Of a DNA stretch of 64,000 nt, positions 49,893-63,487 are shown piece by piece (the stretch's first letter is position 1; the number at the start of each line of letters is the position of its first letter). The translations under genes and the position numbers were made by a program. The notes below the pieces were generated by a model, which saw nothing but the letters and a program-made list of their open reading frames with translations, ran no database searches and had not been told where the DNA came from. This DNA is from Chiloscyllium plagiosum. Its lineage: Eukaryota. The stretch is taken from positions 56,805,166-56,869,165 of the forward strand of contig NC_057718.1 in assembly GCF_004010195.1 (NCBI RefSeq). The letters are read 5' to 3'.

Positions 49893-52800
49893 TGCAGTGA
49901 TTTGGAACAAGGGCCAAGTGGATCACTGATTCGGGAGATCCTTGATTGGGGCTGTTAACCTGGGTATATACAGGAGATTCAGAGAATGTCACTTCTCTAG
50001 GGTCTGACTCTGAGCTAGTTAGTCAAAGAACCTGTAAATAAAAAGAGTGACTTGGTGATTTGATAACAGCCTCCGCCCAGTTATTTCAGTGGCACTGAAA
50101 GAAAAGCATGCTCAAGAAATTCAATTGCAACAGTCATCTTTGAGTTGGGGTTAACTATTTCTGGCATCATGCTGTTTGGGAAGCTTGACTCATTCAATCC
50201 TGCCGAAGATTGGGCCCAGAATGTGTTATTCTTTCTGGGCAAATGACAATGGGGCAGATGAACAGCAATGAGTAATCCTTCTGACTGCTTGCAGACCCCC
50301 AGCATTTTTGGTTATTAGGTGCCTAACTTTCCGAGGCAACAGATACCAAAACCTATTAAGAGTTGATGGATTTAGCTAAGGAATATTTGGACTTTAATTG
50401 GTGAGAGTGGGGGGCATAACTCCAAGTACTATCATGGATCACAAGCAGGTTAGCATGTGGGGAGTACATTCAATTGCATGGAAAAGTATGAAAAAAATGA
50501 AAATAGAACTCAGGGGTCATTAAAGTCTCCAGAACACAAAATAGGGCAGTGTGTTTGGAAAGGATTAGGAATCTAACTTAAAGCACTTCGGATAAAGGGA
50601 TGACAATGAAAAGAGGGACTGAAGGTGTTGTATCTGATTGTATGCAGTGTACAAGATAAGGTAAATGAGCCTGTGGCACACATTGAATTTGGCAGATATG
50701 ATGTAGTGAGCATCACTGAGACATGGCTCCAGGAGTGGGAGCTAAATATCCAAGGACATACGTCCTATCGAAAAGACAGGCAGGTAAGCAAAGCGGGTGG
50801 AGTTGCCTTTTAGTAACAAATGGTGTTAAATCAATAGCAAGAAATGACAGATTCTACATCATCTGACCCTATGTGGGTAGAGTTGAGGAACCACAAAAGG
50901 TGAAAAAACCATAATGGAAGTTATGTACAGGCCTCCAAACAGTAGTCAGGATGTGGGGCATAAGATACAACAGGAGTTAGAAAAGGCATGTAAGGGGGCC
51001 AAGGTTACAGTAATCATGGGGAATTTCAATATGTAAGTGGACTGGGACAATAAAGTTGGTAGTGGATCACAAGAAAAGGAATTTGTGGAATATCTAGGAG
51101 ATGGTGTTTTGGAACAGCTTGTAGTGGAGCCCATCAGAGAACAGGCAATTCTGGATTTAGTGATGTGCAATGAGGCCAACTTGGTAAGGGAGCTTAAGGT
51201 AAAGGAACCCTTACGAGGCAGTGACCATAATATGACAGAACTTACTCGGCAATTTGAGTGTGAAAAGTTGGAATCAGATGTAACTATATTATAGTTGCAT
51301 AAAGGCAACTACAGAGGCATGAGGGAGGCGTGGCCAGAATTGACTGGAAAAGGAGCCTAGCAGGAAAGAGAATGGAACAGCAATAGCAGGAGTTTATGGG
51401 AGTAATTCGGGAGACACTGCAAGAATTAAACCCTAGGAAAAAGGAGCATACTAAAGGGAGAACTAGGCAACCATGGCTGACAAGGGAAGTCAGGGACAGC
51501 ATAAAAACAAAAGAGAAAGAATATAATGCGGTGAAGGTCAAAGGGAAGCCAGGGACTGGGAAGTCTACAAAGACCAACAGAGGATAGCTATAAAAGAAAT
51601 AAGGAGGGAGAAGATTAAAATGGGGATAAGCTAGCCAGTAATATAAAAGAAGAGTGCAAGAGTTTCTTTAGATATCTAAAGGGCAAAACAGAGGCAAAAG
51701 TGGATACTGAGTTGCTGGAGAATGACAGTGGAGAAGTAGTAATGGGGAACAAAGAAATGGTGGAGGAACTAAACAAGTACTTTGCATCAGTCTTCACTGT
51801 GGAAGACATGAGTAACATCCCAAAAGTCCAAGAGAGTCAAGGCTCAGAGGTGAGTATGATGGTGGCCATCACCAAGGAGATGATGCTAGAAAAACTGCAA
51901 GGTCTGAAGGTAGATAAAATCACATGGACCTGATGGACTAGAGTTCTGAAGAGACAGTGGAGGTAATTTTTCAGGAATCACTGGGAAGGTCCCAGAGGAC
52001 TGGAAAATCGTTAACGTTACCGCCCTGCAAGAGTCAGTGTTGGGACCAAATATTTTCACTTTATACATTAATGATCGAGACGAAGGAACTGAGGGTACAT
52101 GATACAAAAATAGGTGAGACACAAATTATGTTGAGGAGACGGGGAGGCTGCAGAAAGGTTTAGACAAGTCAGGAGAGTGGGCAAAAAAGTGGCAGATGGA
52201 ACACAATGTGGGAGAGTGAGAGGTTATGCACTTTGGTAGGAAGAATAGAGGCACAGACTATATTCTAAGTGGGGAGAAAATTCAGAAATCTGAAGTGCAA
52301 AGAGACTTGGGAGTTCTAGACCAGCATTCTCTTCAGGTTGAGTTGGTAGTTAGGAAGGCAAATGAAGTTTTGGCATTTATTTCGAAAGGACTACAAAATA
52401 AAAGCAGGGATGTACTTCCGAGGGTCTATAAAGATTTGCTCAGACCACATTTAGAATATTGCGAACAATTTTGGGCCCTATGCATCAGGTAAGATGTACT
52501 GGCTCTGGAGTGGGTCCAGAGGAGGTTCACAAGAATGATCCCAGGAATGAAAGGCTTAATATATGAGGAATGTTTGAGGACACTGGGTCTACACTGGAGT
52601 TTATAAGGATGAGGGGAGGATTTAAATGAAACTTACAGAATACTGAAAAGGTCTGGATAGAGTGGATATTAGGAAGATGCTTCCATTAGCAGGAAAGACT
52701 AGGACCAGAGGGCACAGTCTTAGAGTAAAGGGAAAACCGTGTACGAGAGGGATGAGGAGAAAATATTTCAGCCAGAGAGTGGTGAATCTATGGAATTCAT

Positions 52801-53220
52801 TGCCACAGATGGTTGTGAAGGTCAAGTCATTGAGTATATTTAAGACAGAGATAGATAGGTTCTTGATTGTTAAGGGGATCGGAGTTTACAGGGAGAAGGC
52901 AGGAGAATAGGGTTGAGAACCTTATCCGCCGTGACTGATTGGCAGAGCAGACTCGATGACCTAATTTCTGCTTCTATGGAATATTATGATCCCAAGCCTC
53001 CTCTAATTCTGAGGTGCTATCGGTTTTAATTCGAGAATCAAGGGAATCCATATTGGGATTTTTGGCAAGGTTAAGACAACTGGCAGAAGCATGTGATTTT
53101 GGGTTAACCCTGAATGAGATGCTGAGTGACAGGTATACAGGGTTAATGGCATAATCATGCAAAATGCACCAACTAGCTGAAGCCCAACTGAACCTTAAAC
53201 AGGCACAAGTTGTTTTGTCA
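49893..53220 (+). mobile_element. Second Gypsy-like copy: LTR 49893-50088 plus gag start, split by a CR1 insertion; gag resumes at 52986-53220
   Basis: TG..CA LTR with AATAAA; gag atgctgtttgggaagcttgactcattc resembles about 44510; 52986-53210 aligns with 44740-44975. Confidence 0.8.
50388..52977 (+). mobile_element. CR1 LINE (APE, linker, internally deleted RT, 3' end) nested in the Gypsy gag
   Basis: YDVVSITETWLQ, ILDLVMCNE..GSDHN, LNKYFASVFT and RPHLEYCEQFW; 8-bp TSD ggaatatt at 50380-50387 / 52978-52985. Confidence 0.88.
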
Positions 53221-54129
53221 AATAAATATTGCATTTATAAGAGTAGGTCAGAGGCTACGAACACCGCAACAAGCAACTCACCTACTAAATGCTCAAAGCC
53301 TGTCCACCATCTACAAGGCACAAGTCAAGAGTGTGATCGAATGTTCTCAACTGGCCTGGCGGAGTGCAGCTCCAACATTACATAAGAAGCTTGACAACAT
53401 TGATAACAGCCCACATCACAGGCAACTCATCCACCACTTTCTACGTTTACTCTTCAACAATGATGTCCAGTAGCAACAGTGTGTACCACCTACAAAATGC
53501 ACTGTAGTAATTCCCCCACGTTCCTCCAATGGCATCTTCCAAACACATAACATCTATCAGATAGAAGGACAGGGGAAGCAAATGTCTGGAGCACCACCAC
53601 AAGAAAGTTATCCACAAGCCATACACCATTCTGACTTTGAACAAAATTGCTGAACAAAATCCTGGAACTCAGTTTCAAGCAGGACTTCAGATGTACCTAT
53701 AGCACAAGGACTTCAGCAGCACACAAAGCAGATCACTATCACTTCATCTTGGCAATTGGGCATGGGTAACAAATGCTGCCAATTCCAGTAACATTCACAT
53801 CCTGTGAACAAACAAAAAAACTTAAATGTACGTAACTGCTCAGCTCAAACAAGGACATTGCTTGCCACCAGTCTATTTGTCTTGATGAACTGCTTTTATT
53901 CTAACTGAAGACCAGTAGCAAAATGACCAGGAAATTATGTTCGAGAACTTGTACTGCATGGTGATTAAAACTGAGTCATCTACGGTGATACTAACATAAT
54001 TTAAGGTATGAAATCTTCTAATTTATATTTGAGTGTCAAAGTTGCATGAATATGAACATATCACAACATAACCTGGCTAAGAAATGAAGGAACAGACTTG
54101 CGAAAATATACTTTCTCATTTATTCTTAC

Positions 54130-54267
54130 TTGTCCCTCCGTATTTTCTCGAATGGTTTCAATAGCTTTTTCGAGCTGGGTCTTCTCTTTAATAAGATCAT
54201 TGCTGAGTGTTTCAACACTTTGCATACTTTGTTTTTCATTGCTGATCTCTCCCTGGAGTCTCTCCAT
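54130..54267 (-). CDS. CCDC88A: Girdin (CCDC88A) internal coding exon, 138 nt, phase 0/0: MERLQGEISNEKQSMQSVETLSNDLIKEKTQLEKAIETIRENTEGQ
   Basis: Acceptor cttcctgttttag|ATG (AG at 54269-54268); donor CAA|gtaag. Peptide resembles the Girdin segment '...EKQSLQNCQNLSKDLMKEKAQLEKTIETLRENSERQ' as I recall it, and splices in frame to the next exon. Confidence 0.9.
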
Positions 54268-55304
54268 CTAAAACAGGAAGAAATAACATTGCTTTTTAAT
54301 TGTCAAATGCAATTCGACAGCTTATCATCAGTAAGGCAGTGCTTCTGAGACTTTTTCCCCATTGTGACCCTATTTTGGTACTTGACAATAGCCATGACAT
54401 CAGACTGGAGGTTGCTGTCACTGAGAACTCGAGAGTTTGAGAAGTCTCGCAATAAAGAATTAAGTATCTTGTTTGTAAACAATGAGCCAACAAATTAAGG
54501 CCTCATGGAAACTAAATTTATCACTTGCGTCATCGTCCCTTCGCATTCAATAGCATTACTATTGCTGAAACCCCACTCTCAACATTCTAGGGATTATCAC
54601 AGATCAGCAACTGAACTGGATGAGCATTAAAAGTAGTGTGGCTGCAAGAGCAAGTCGGAGAACAGGAATCATGCAGCAAGTAATTCAATGCCTGGCTACT
54701 GACACTCAGTAGCAACAGTGTATCTCACCTACAAGATGCACTACAGGATTCACCAATGCTCCTTAAACAGCATCTTCCAAACCCATGCTCATTACCATCT
54801 AGAAAGATAAGGTGGCAGATACATAGGAAGTTCTCTCCGAGCCACTCATCATCCTCTCTCGGAAATGTTTCGTCAATCCTTCAGTATCGTTGCGTTAAAA
54901 GCCCTGGAACTCACGCCTTTGTAGGTCTATCCAGACTTAATGTACTACAGCGGTTCAAGGCAGCATCAATTTCTCAATAGCAAGTAGGGATAGGTAATAA
55001 AAGCTGACCAACCTGCAATGCCAACATCTCATATAGGAATAAAGATACTGGTTGAGCTCTGAACATGCAGCTAGCCTCACTCACCTGCATATGAATGTTG
55101 GTTAGATGTGTAGAGAATTGACAATTCTCCAACTTCAATTTAGCAGTGCCGACTTTTCATTTTGGAAATAAGTGCTTCCCAGTCCTACGTGGAGTATGGC
55201 ACATATACACTCATTCTATGTCAGGTATATACCATCACCCTGTAAGTATCCAGCTCATCCATCAGAAACTATAGTTACGCCCTCCTTCCAACCTAAGTTG
55301 TAAA

Positions 55305-56000
55305 TGACCTTGGAGTGCAGGTTCATAATTCTGTGAAAGTGTAGTATCAGGCAGACAGGATAGTGAAGAAGGCATTTCATATCTTGTCTTTATTGATCAT
55401 TTTATTGAGTATAGGAGTAACCATGTCTGCTACAGCTGTACAAGACACTGGTTAGGCCACTTTTGGAATACTGCATTCAATTCAGGGTCTCCCTGGTAAA
55501 GGGAGGAGGTTGTGAAACTTAAAAAGCTTCCAAAGGATGTTATCAGGCTCGTAGGATTTCATCAATAAGGAGAGGCTGAATAGGCTGGGGCTATTTTCCC
55601 TGGAGCGTCGGAGGCTGAGGGGTGACCTTATAGAGGTTTATAAAATCATGAGGGGCATGGACTGGGTAAATAGGCATGGTCTTTTCCCTAGGGTGGGGGA
55701 GTCCAGAACTAGATAGCATAGGTTTAGGGTAACAGGGGAAAGATTTAAAAAGGGATCTAAGGGGCAATTTTTTTCATGCAGAAAGAAGTATAAGTATGGA
55801 ATGAGTTGCCAGAGAAAGTGGTGGAGGCTGGTACAATTACAACATTTAAAAAGCATCTGGATGGATGGGTTTATGACTAGGAATGGTTTAGAGGGATATA
55901 GGCCAAATGGTAGCAAATGGGACTAGATTTATTGAGGGTATCTGATCGGCAGACAAGTTGGACTAAAGGGTCAGTTTCTGTGTTGTACAGTTCTATGACT
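55305..56000 (+). mobile_element. CR1 3' fragment
   Basis: gaccttggagtgcaggttcat.., LEYCIQF and ggaggctgaggggtgaccttatagagg, with tail tctatgact. Confidence 0.82.
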
Positions 56001-56211
56001 AAGTGCAGAAAGCTCTGTGTTTATTATTGTCACTTTCCTCTGGAGCCTAGCACCAAAATTATATATCCTTAATGGTGTCCAAGGTGGTTGCATTACACAA
56101 GACAAATGTAAATATCTGTGCACGCCTTGGGCACCGTGGTAGTGTCCTACCTCCATCTGAGCTGGCAAGCCCTTGGTTTGAATCCCACTTGCCCAAATGA
56201 TTCAGTTGCTT

Positions 56212-57049
56212 AGGAGAAAGTGAGGACTGCAGATGCTGGAGTACCAGAGTTGAAAAATGTGGTGCTGGAAAAACACATCAGGCCAGACAGCATCAGAGGA
56301 TCAGGAGAATCGACATTTCGGGCATAAGCCCTTCTTCAGGAATGAGGTTGGTGTGCCAGGCGGGCTGAGATAAAAGGTAGGGGGGAGGGAATTTGGGGGA
56401 GGGGCACTGGGAATACAATAGGTGGAAGGAGGTGAGGGTGAGGGTGATAGGCCGGAGAGGTCGGGAAGAAGATTGCAGGTCAAGAGGGCGATGCTGAATC
56501 CGAGGGTTGGGACGGAGATAAGGTGGGTGGAGGGGAAGTGAGGAAGCTGGAGAAATCTACATTCATCCCATGTGGTTGGAGGGTTCCTAGGCGGAAGATG
56601 AGGCCCCGTGGCTGAACACTTTAGCTCCCCCTCCCACTCTGCCAATGACATGCAGGTCCTTGGCCTACTCCATCGCCAGACCCTGGCCACACGACGCCTG
56701 GAGGAAGAGCGCCTCATCTTCCGCCTAGGAACCCTCCAACCACACGGGATGAATGTAGATTTCTCCAGCTTCCTCATTTCCCCTCCCCCCACCTTATCTC
56801 AGCCCCAACCCTTGGATTTAGCACCGCCCTCTTGACCTGCAATCTTCTTCCTGAACTCTCCGCCCCCACCCTCTCTCCGGCTTATCACCCTCACCTCCTT
56901 TCACCTATAATATTCCCAGCACCCCTCCCCCTTATCTTTTATCTCAGCTCGCTTGGCACACCAGCCTCATTCCTGAAGAACGGCTTATGCCTGAAACGTC
57001 GATTCTCCTGCTCCTCGGATGCTGCCTGGCCTGCTGTGTTTTTCCAGCA
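56212..57049. mobile_element. Large fold-back PLE 3' fragment (arms of about 350-450 bp) with hammerhead motifs at 56312-56339 (-) and 56973-57000 (+)
   Basis: Right arm encodes a GIY-YIG C-terminus (VAEHFSSPSHSANDMQVLGL..RRLEEERLIFRLGTLQPHGMNVDF); left arm is its reverse complement; TSD ccaaatgaYtcagttg at about 56193-56208 / 57050-57065. Confidence 0.9.
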
Positions 57050-57317
57050 CCAAATGACTCAGTTGATTTAAAAGCAAATCTATACTACCTTAACGAAGGC
57101 AAGTGCAGGTGTGTGCTTTGTTCCAAATGCAAATCCTGAGTTGCTGATAGCCTGTACTCACCTCATTCCAGATTGCATCACCCCTCTCATATTCCCTTCA
57201 AATAGAACAATTTTGCTGACTCTTATTTCTTCAAGAACCCTGTGTGAATTGCTCATTTTAAAAAAATGCCCTGCTTTCATCGTTTCAGTCAATTTTTGAA
57301 AACCTAAGGTCTCTCTT

Positions 57318-58835
57318 GTAGAATGACAGTGGTATCCCAACCTCTGAGCCAGTGTATTCATGTTCAAATCCTGCCTGCTCCAATGGTGTATAATAACATA
57401 TCTGAACAGACTGGAATAAAAAAAATCCACTCTCTACCTAAGGGTTTGTATGGCGCTGTGGTGTTGTCCATATCTCTGGACTAGGAGGCCTAGGTTTAAG
57501 TCCCAGCTGCCCCACAATTAGACTCAGAGTCCTACAGTATGAAGACAGGTGCTATGGCCCAAACTGGTCCATGCCAACCAAAATATCTGTTCACACTAAT
57601 CCCATTTCCCTGCACTTGGCCCATATCGTTCTAAACTTTTCCTATCCATGTATTTGTCCAAATGCCTTTAAATGCTGTTAATGTATACGCCTCAACCACT
57701 TCCGCTGGCAGCTCATTCCATATGCCTGCCACCCTCTGTGTAAAAAATAGGTTCCCCTCAGGATCCTTCCCCTCTAACCTTAAACTGATGCCCTTGAGTC
57801 CTTGATTCCCCAATCCTGGGAAAAACACTAATTGCATTCACCCTATACATGCCTCTCATGATCTTATACACTTCTACAAAGTACCCCCTCAGTCTCCTAC
57901 ACTCTAAAGAAAAATGTCCTAGCTTGCCCAACCTCTCCCGATTAATTCGGACCCTTGAGTCCTGGCAACATGTTTGTACATTTCTTCTGCACTCTTTCCA
58001 GTTTAATAACATGTTTCCTATAGCGAGGTGGCCAAAACTGAACATAATACTCCAAGTGCAGCCTCACGAATGTCCTGTACAACTGCAACATAACTTCCCA
58101 ACTTCTATACTCAATGCCCTGACCGATGAAGGCCAGTGTGCCAAAAGTTTTCTTCACTACCCTATGACTCCTCCACTTTCAGAGAACCGTGCACCTGAAC
58201 CCCAAGGTCCCTCTGTTTCATTATACGCCTTAAGGCCCTAACATTCACCATGAAACTCCTATCTTGATGTGACTTTCCAAAATGCAAGACCTCACACTTA
58301 TCTATATTAAACTCCATTTGCCAATTCTCGGTCCACTTGATCAATGTCCTGCTGCAATTTCTGATAACTTTCCTCATTGTACTTTGGGTCATAACATGAA
58401 CAGGGTGATTAGAAATATCTACGAAAACCTGATAGGTTACAAGAAAACATTTCCACTCCTACCCGTGCGATTCTTGTATGCCGCGGTGGTAAGGTCCCTG
58501 TCTCTGTGCCAGAAGGCCTGGGTTGAAGTTCTACCTGCTCCAAATTACATTTCTGAACAGTTTGATGAGAAAATACTTTGACTCCTACCTGGAATGCTCC
58601 TGCGGCACTGTGATAGCTTCTATACCTGAGCCAGGAGGCCCAGGCTCAAGTTTCACCTGCTCTAGAGTTGTGCAAGGACATCTCTGAACAGGTTGCTTAG
58701 AAAATATCTCCACTCCTACCTTAAGAGCTTTTATGGTGCAGTGGTTAGTGTCCCTACTTCTAAACCAGGAGACCCAAGGTCAAGCTTGTCCTGCCTCAGA
58801 GATACGTCATTGCATGTCTGAGTGAATTAATTAAA
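57318..58835 (+). repeat. Tandem array of about five diverged ~125-130 bp tRNA-like SINE units, split by a minus-strand CR1 fragment (about 57520-58385)
   Basis: Repeating (t)ggNgcNgtggt..gtcc..ctctgagccag.aggccc.ggttcaagtcc..cctgctcc..acatctctgaacag..agaaaat..ccactcctacc. Confidence 0.7.
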
Positions 58836-61129
58836 AAAGCTTTAAGGGCATTAGAAGGTTCAAAAAAAGGTTCATTTCACAGATTCCTGGAATGATGGTG
58901 TTATCATACGAGACATATTGAGCCTATATGCGTTACCAGTGTAAAAGATTAAGAAGTGATTTTACTGAAATGTATTCGATTCTGAGGGAAACAGAGTGAA
59001 TGGTCAGAAGGTATACCCTTATGTGAGAGACTAGAACTAAGGGACAATTTGAAAATAAAAGTATCTCTCCAAATTAAGATTTTGATTTGATTTATTATTG
59101 TCACATGAACGGAGATAGTGAAAAGTATTGTTTTGCATGCAAGTCAAGCAAATCACACCTTATCTAAGTACCTCAGGGCAATGGAACAGAATGCAGAATA
59201 TAGTGTTGCATGTTTTCTGTTAAAGCTGTTGGTTTGTGAAATTCTCTTTCCCCAAGATGAGCGGATGCTTTTAAGACCAAATTAGATTGATTCTTCATTA
59301 ACAAGGGAATCATGATGGTAGACAGAAAAATGTTAAGAGCACATTCAACTCCTCCATGGCAACTTCCTCATAGTTGTCCTACCATTCTCCAAACATTTCA
59401 ACCTATATAAAACTCAACCAAAAGCATTCTACATATAACTATGACTTACTCAATGACTATTCCATATCTTTAGCATACTTTCCAATATACTTTAATGTGT
59501 TGAGTATATTGGCTGCTGTCGTAATGTTAGCAAGAGAATTAAAGCCATCTCATATATCTTCAAATCAGGTCTTATAATTTCATTTTCCCTCTGCTACCAA
59601 TAACAACTTCATGAATCATACTGCCCTATTCAGCATTTAATATTTTTCAGTGCATCTCCACTTCTTTCAGCCTATCATGGACCCTAAGATGGAGGAACAT
59701 GGTGCCTGTTTTGTCATTCAATGACATCATGTCAAATCTGATAATCCTCAAGAAGAATTTTATGCCTTTTCTCCATAACCCTTGGTTCCCTTACTGATTA
59801 CAAAATTGTCTATCTCAACCTTGAACATATTTAATGACTCAACTTTTGCAGCCCTCTATGATAAAGAAGTAACTATAGGTTGGTTAGCTTACATCTATCA
59901 TTGAGAACATGCAGAGTCTATTATAAAGGATGTAATAATGGAGAATTTACATAATATAATTGAGCACACTCTGTATAGCGACAGACTCTCAACCCTCAGA
60001 AGAAACTGCTCCTCATCTTTGTTTTATATAGGCAACCCTCTAAACTGAGATCATGTCTTTTGGTCCTCGACTCACCCACAAGGGGAAACAACCTGTCCAC
60101 ATCTCTTTTCTAAGTCCTCTGAGAATCTTGGAAGTTTCAGTAAAGTCACCTCTCATTCTTCTAAACTCTAATAAGTTTAGGCCCAACCTGCTCAACTTCT
60201 CATAATCCTTACCCAGGATCAAACTTAGTGAACCTGTTCTCAACAGCCCAATTGCCAGTATATCATTCCTTAGACCAAAATTGCCCACAGTATTCTCAAT
60301 GTGATTTGACTAATGCCTTACATGATTTTAAGCAAAAGTTCCTCTATTTTTATACTCCACTCCCTTTAAAATAAAAGCCAACTTGCCATTTTTTTCCCCT
60401 TTTACCTGATCTTCAATGCTAGGCTTACACAAGATCTTCCAAGTCACTCTGTATTATAACTTTCTGCACTATTTTTCCATTTAAATAATACTCAGTCTCT
60501 CTATTCTTCCTTCCAAAGTGTTTCACATTACATTCTTCCACGTTATATTGTAATTGCAACAAAAACTTTAATAGTCTCCATTCCTCTGCAGACCCTTTGT
60601 GACATTCTCGCCAGTTGCCTTCTGACCTACTTGTGTCATCTTCAAACCGGGCTATAATATATTCATTTTCTGCACAGTCATTTACACTAAATAATTGTGG
60701 TATCAGCTTGACTTCTGTAGTGCTTCACCACCTACAGGTTACCATCCTGAAACTTCCCTTCTTACTGCAAATCTGTCTATTAATTAGCAAATCTTTTATC
60801 CATTCTAATATTCTTCCTCTAACACAACGGACTCTTATCTTAATTTGCAGCTTATTGCGTACTATCTGATCAAACACTTTCTCGAAAATTTTGACACTGT
60901 CCTTAACTTGCTTGACTAACCATGGTTGGATTATCCTGTTTTAAGAATCCTTCTTTCTCACTGGAAAGTATCTTTGTTTTGAACAATGAACATTTTGCTT
61001 AAATATGTGCATAATCCTTAACCAGCTTTGCTGTTAAGATTCCTTTTGCTAGCATTACCGTAGGCACTGCATCCTTCCTACATTTCCACAACGCCATTCT
61101 ACTCGGAAACCATGCCTCTATCCAAATCA

Positions 61130-61340
61130 TGTTTTGAAGATGTCGGTGTTGAACTGGGGTGTACAAAGTTAAAAATCACACAACAACAGGTTATAGTCCA
61201 ACAGGTTTAATTGGAAGCGCTAGCTTTCAGAGCGCCACTCCTTCATCAGGTCGTTGTGGGGCCTGGTGAAGGAGCTGTGCTCGGAAAGCTAGTGCTTCCA
61301 ATTAAACCTGTTGGACTATAATCTGATGTGTGATTTTTAA
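61130..61340. mobile_element. Second-family ('AGCT') fold-back insertion; hammerhead motif minus 61221-61249, degenerate plus copy at about 61263-61291
   Basis: Inverted arms (gttaaaaatcacaca..ttatagtccaacaggtttaattggaagc); TSD ctctatcYaaatca at 61116-61129 / 61341-61354; minus strand CTGATGA-A-GGAGT(GGC)GCTCT-GAAA-GC-TA. Confidence 0.85.
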
Positions 61341-63487
61341 CTCTATCTAAATCAAAATCATATGCAACTGGAAGAGTTTTACATTTAAACAAAAGTCATC
61401 CAGCTGGTTGAGCAAATTGCCAAACTAGTGTTGAAACTGAGGCATTATTGCAGTTATTCACAAGTCTCTTCAATTTAATCCCAGGTCACATGAACAAAAA
61501 GACAATGTTTAACTTGCTGCACCAGTCCAACCTCTGATTATGAAGGCGCTATTATTTTAACAAAGCTCCTATGTTTCTTTCCCTTTGATTTAATAAAAAT
61601 CATATTTCTGCAAAGGTTTTCGATGTATAGTCATTTCCGTTCATTGCTAGACCATGGATACATATTAATTTTGCAAACTTTGAAAGCTGTCTGATTGTTC
61701 TCAACAAAATAACATTAAGAAGGTTCAAATAAAGCAGTACAAAGTCCAACTTAGCAACCTCTTCCAGCATAGCATTTCTCGGACTCTGGCCTTTTGAGCA
61801 TTCCCTTTCTCTCCATTACTGGAGCCCATGATTTAGCCATTTTGGGCACAGAATTTCCACCTTCCTTTACTAACCTTTTTAAACTCATGCTTGATCAAGG
61901 TTTTGGAGATGTATTTACTATCACTTGTATGGCTTGATTGGCATTTAATTAATCCTATGCCTTTGTGAAATGCTGTTCAAAATTATTTTATGCTAACAGG
62001 ACTAAATGACTGCGATTGTTGTTGGCACGGAGTTCTTCAGGAGGATTTCAAAACTGATATTTTGTGGCGCCTCATTATAAAACACACAGAATTCTCTGCT
62101 CACCATTTATCAAGTGAAGATTGATTTTCGGTAACCTACAAAATTTAAGTTATAACTGTTCACCTGATGTGAATAACTACAAATTGATAACATGTAAAGC
62201 ACACGTTAACATAGATGACTGCTGCTGCCTTCGAAAGGAATATAGCAAACTATAAAAAGGAAGAGTACTTTCAATACTATAACCAGAGGCTTCAGTTTGC
62301 AATTAATAACGGCACATTTTGTTAAGCCAAGTGATATCACAATTCACACTTACTCCTATTTCCAAGCGTGATCCACTTTTGAGAGGGCTTGACAGAATAA
62401 ATGCTGAACGTTTGACTCCTTGTGGAGAGACTAGGACTGGAGGACATAATCTCAGAATAATGCGTCACCCATTTAAGGAAGAAATTAAATGGAATTTATG
62501 GCAGTAAATTTGTGGCATTCGGGGTCGTTAAGCATATTCAAGGCTGACACAGTCAATTTTTTTTTTAAATCAGTAAGGGAATAGTGTGTTATGGAGATAA
62601 GGCAGGAAAATGGAGTTGAAGATCATCAGATCAACCATCATCTAACTAAATGGGTGGAGTAGAACTGGTGGATGGAATGGGCTACTTCTGCTCCTACACA
62701 TTATGACTATCTTATGATATTACTGCTTTAGCCACTGATGAACTGAGACAGAGGTGATGCTGCGGAGGTGGAAATAGGTGGGCCTAGTTCATGGCATGAA
62801 ATGAGGTCAAAAATAAGGTTCAAACGTGACATCAAGGTTGCAAACACTCTTGACACGGTCCTAACCAATGATGTACGATCAAGCAATTTTAATAGTTATG
62901 GGGCAGTTGACAGGGCTGTTCCTTGTCACCATTGCTTTTCACACTAGTGATCAAACCTGCTGGTGAAGGCAATATGCAGGGATCCCAATTAACCACTCCA
63001 GAAGTGGGGACTTAGTCACATAAGATTGCACTGTATGAGGATGACATTCTCGTCTTCTTATCAACCCCAACAGTCTTAGTGCTACACCTAATACAATGTA
63101 TCAATCTATTTGGTGGCTTATCAAGTCATAGAGATGTACAGCATGGAAACAGACCCTTCGGTCCAACCCGTCCAGGCCGACCAGATATCCCAACCCAATC
63201 TAGTCCCACCTGCCAGCACCCGGCCCATATCCCTCCAAATCCTTCCTATTCCATATACCCATCCAAATGCCTTTTAAATGTTGCAATTGTACCAGCCTCC
63301 ACCACTTCCTCTGGCAGCTCATTCCATACACGCACCACCCTCTACGTGAAAAAGTTGCCCCTTAGGCTTCTTGGGTTATAAGATCAGTTTTGCGAAGTCA
63401 GAGGCCATGCCCATGGGTGGTCTCCCGAGAGTGCCAGATCCTGAGGACGGATCTTGGTTCCCTTTTAGAGAGCTTTCTCCACTTATG

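Noticed and set aside
57318..58835. CRISPR array or tRNA gene cluster
   Set aside because: Eukaryotic context; whole units are homologous with no unique spacers; boxes are degenerate and no cloverleaf could be built.
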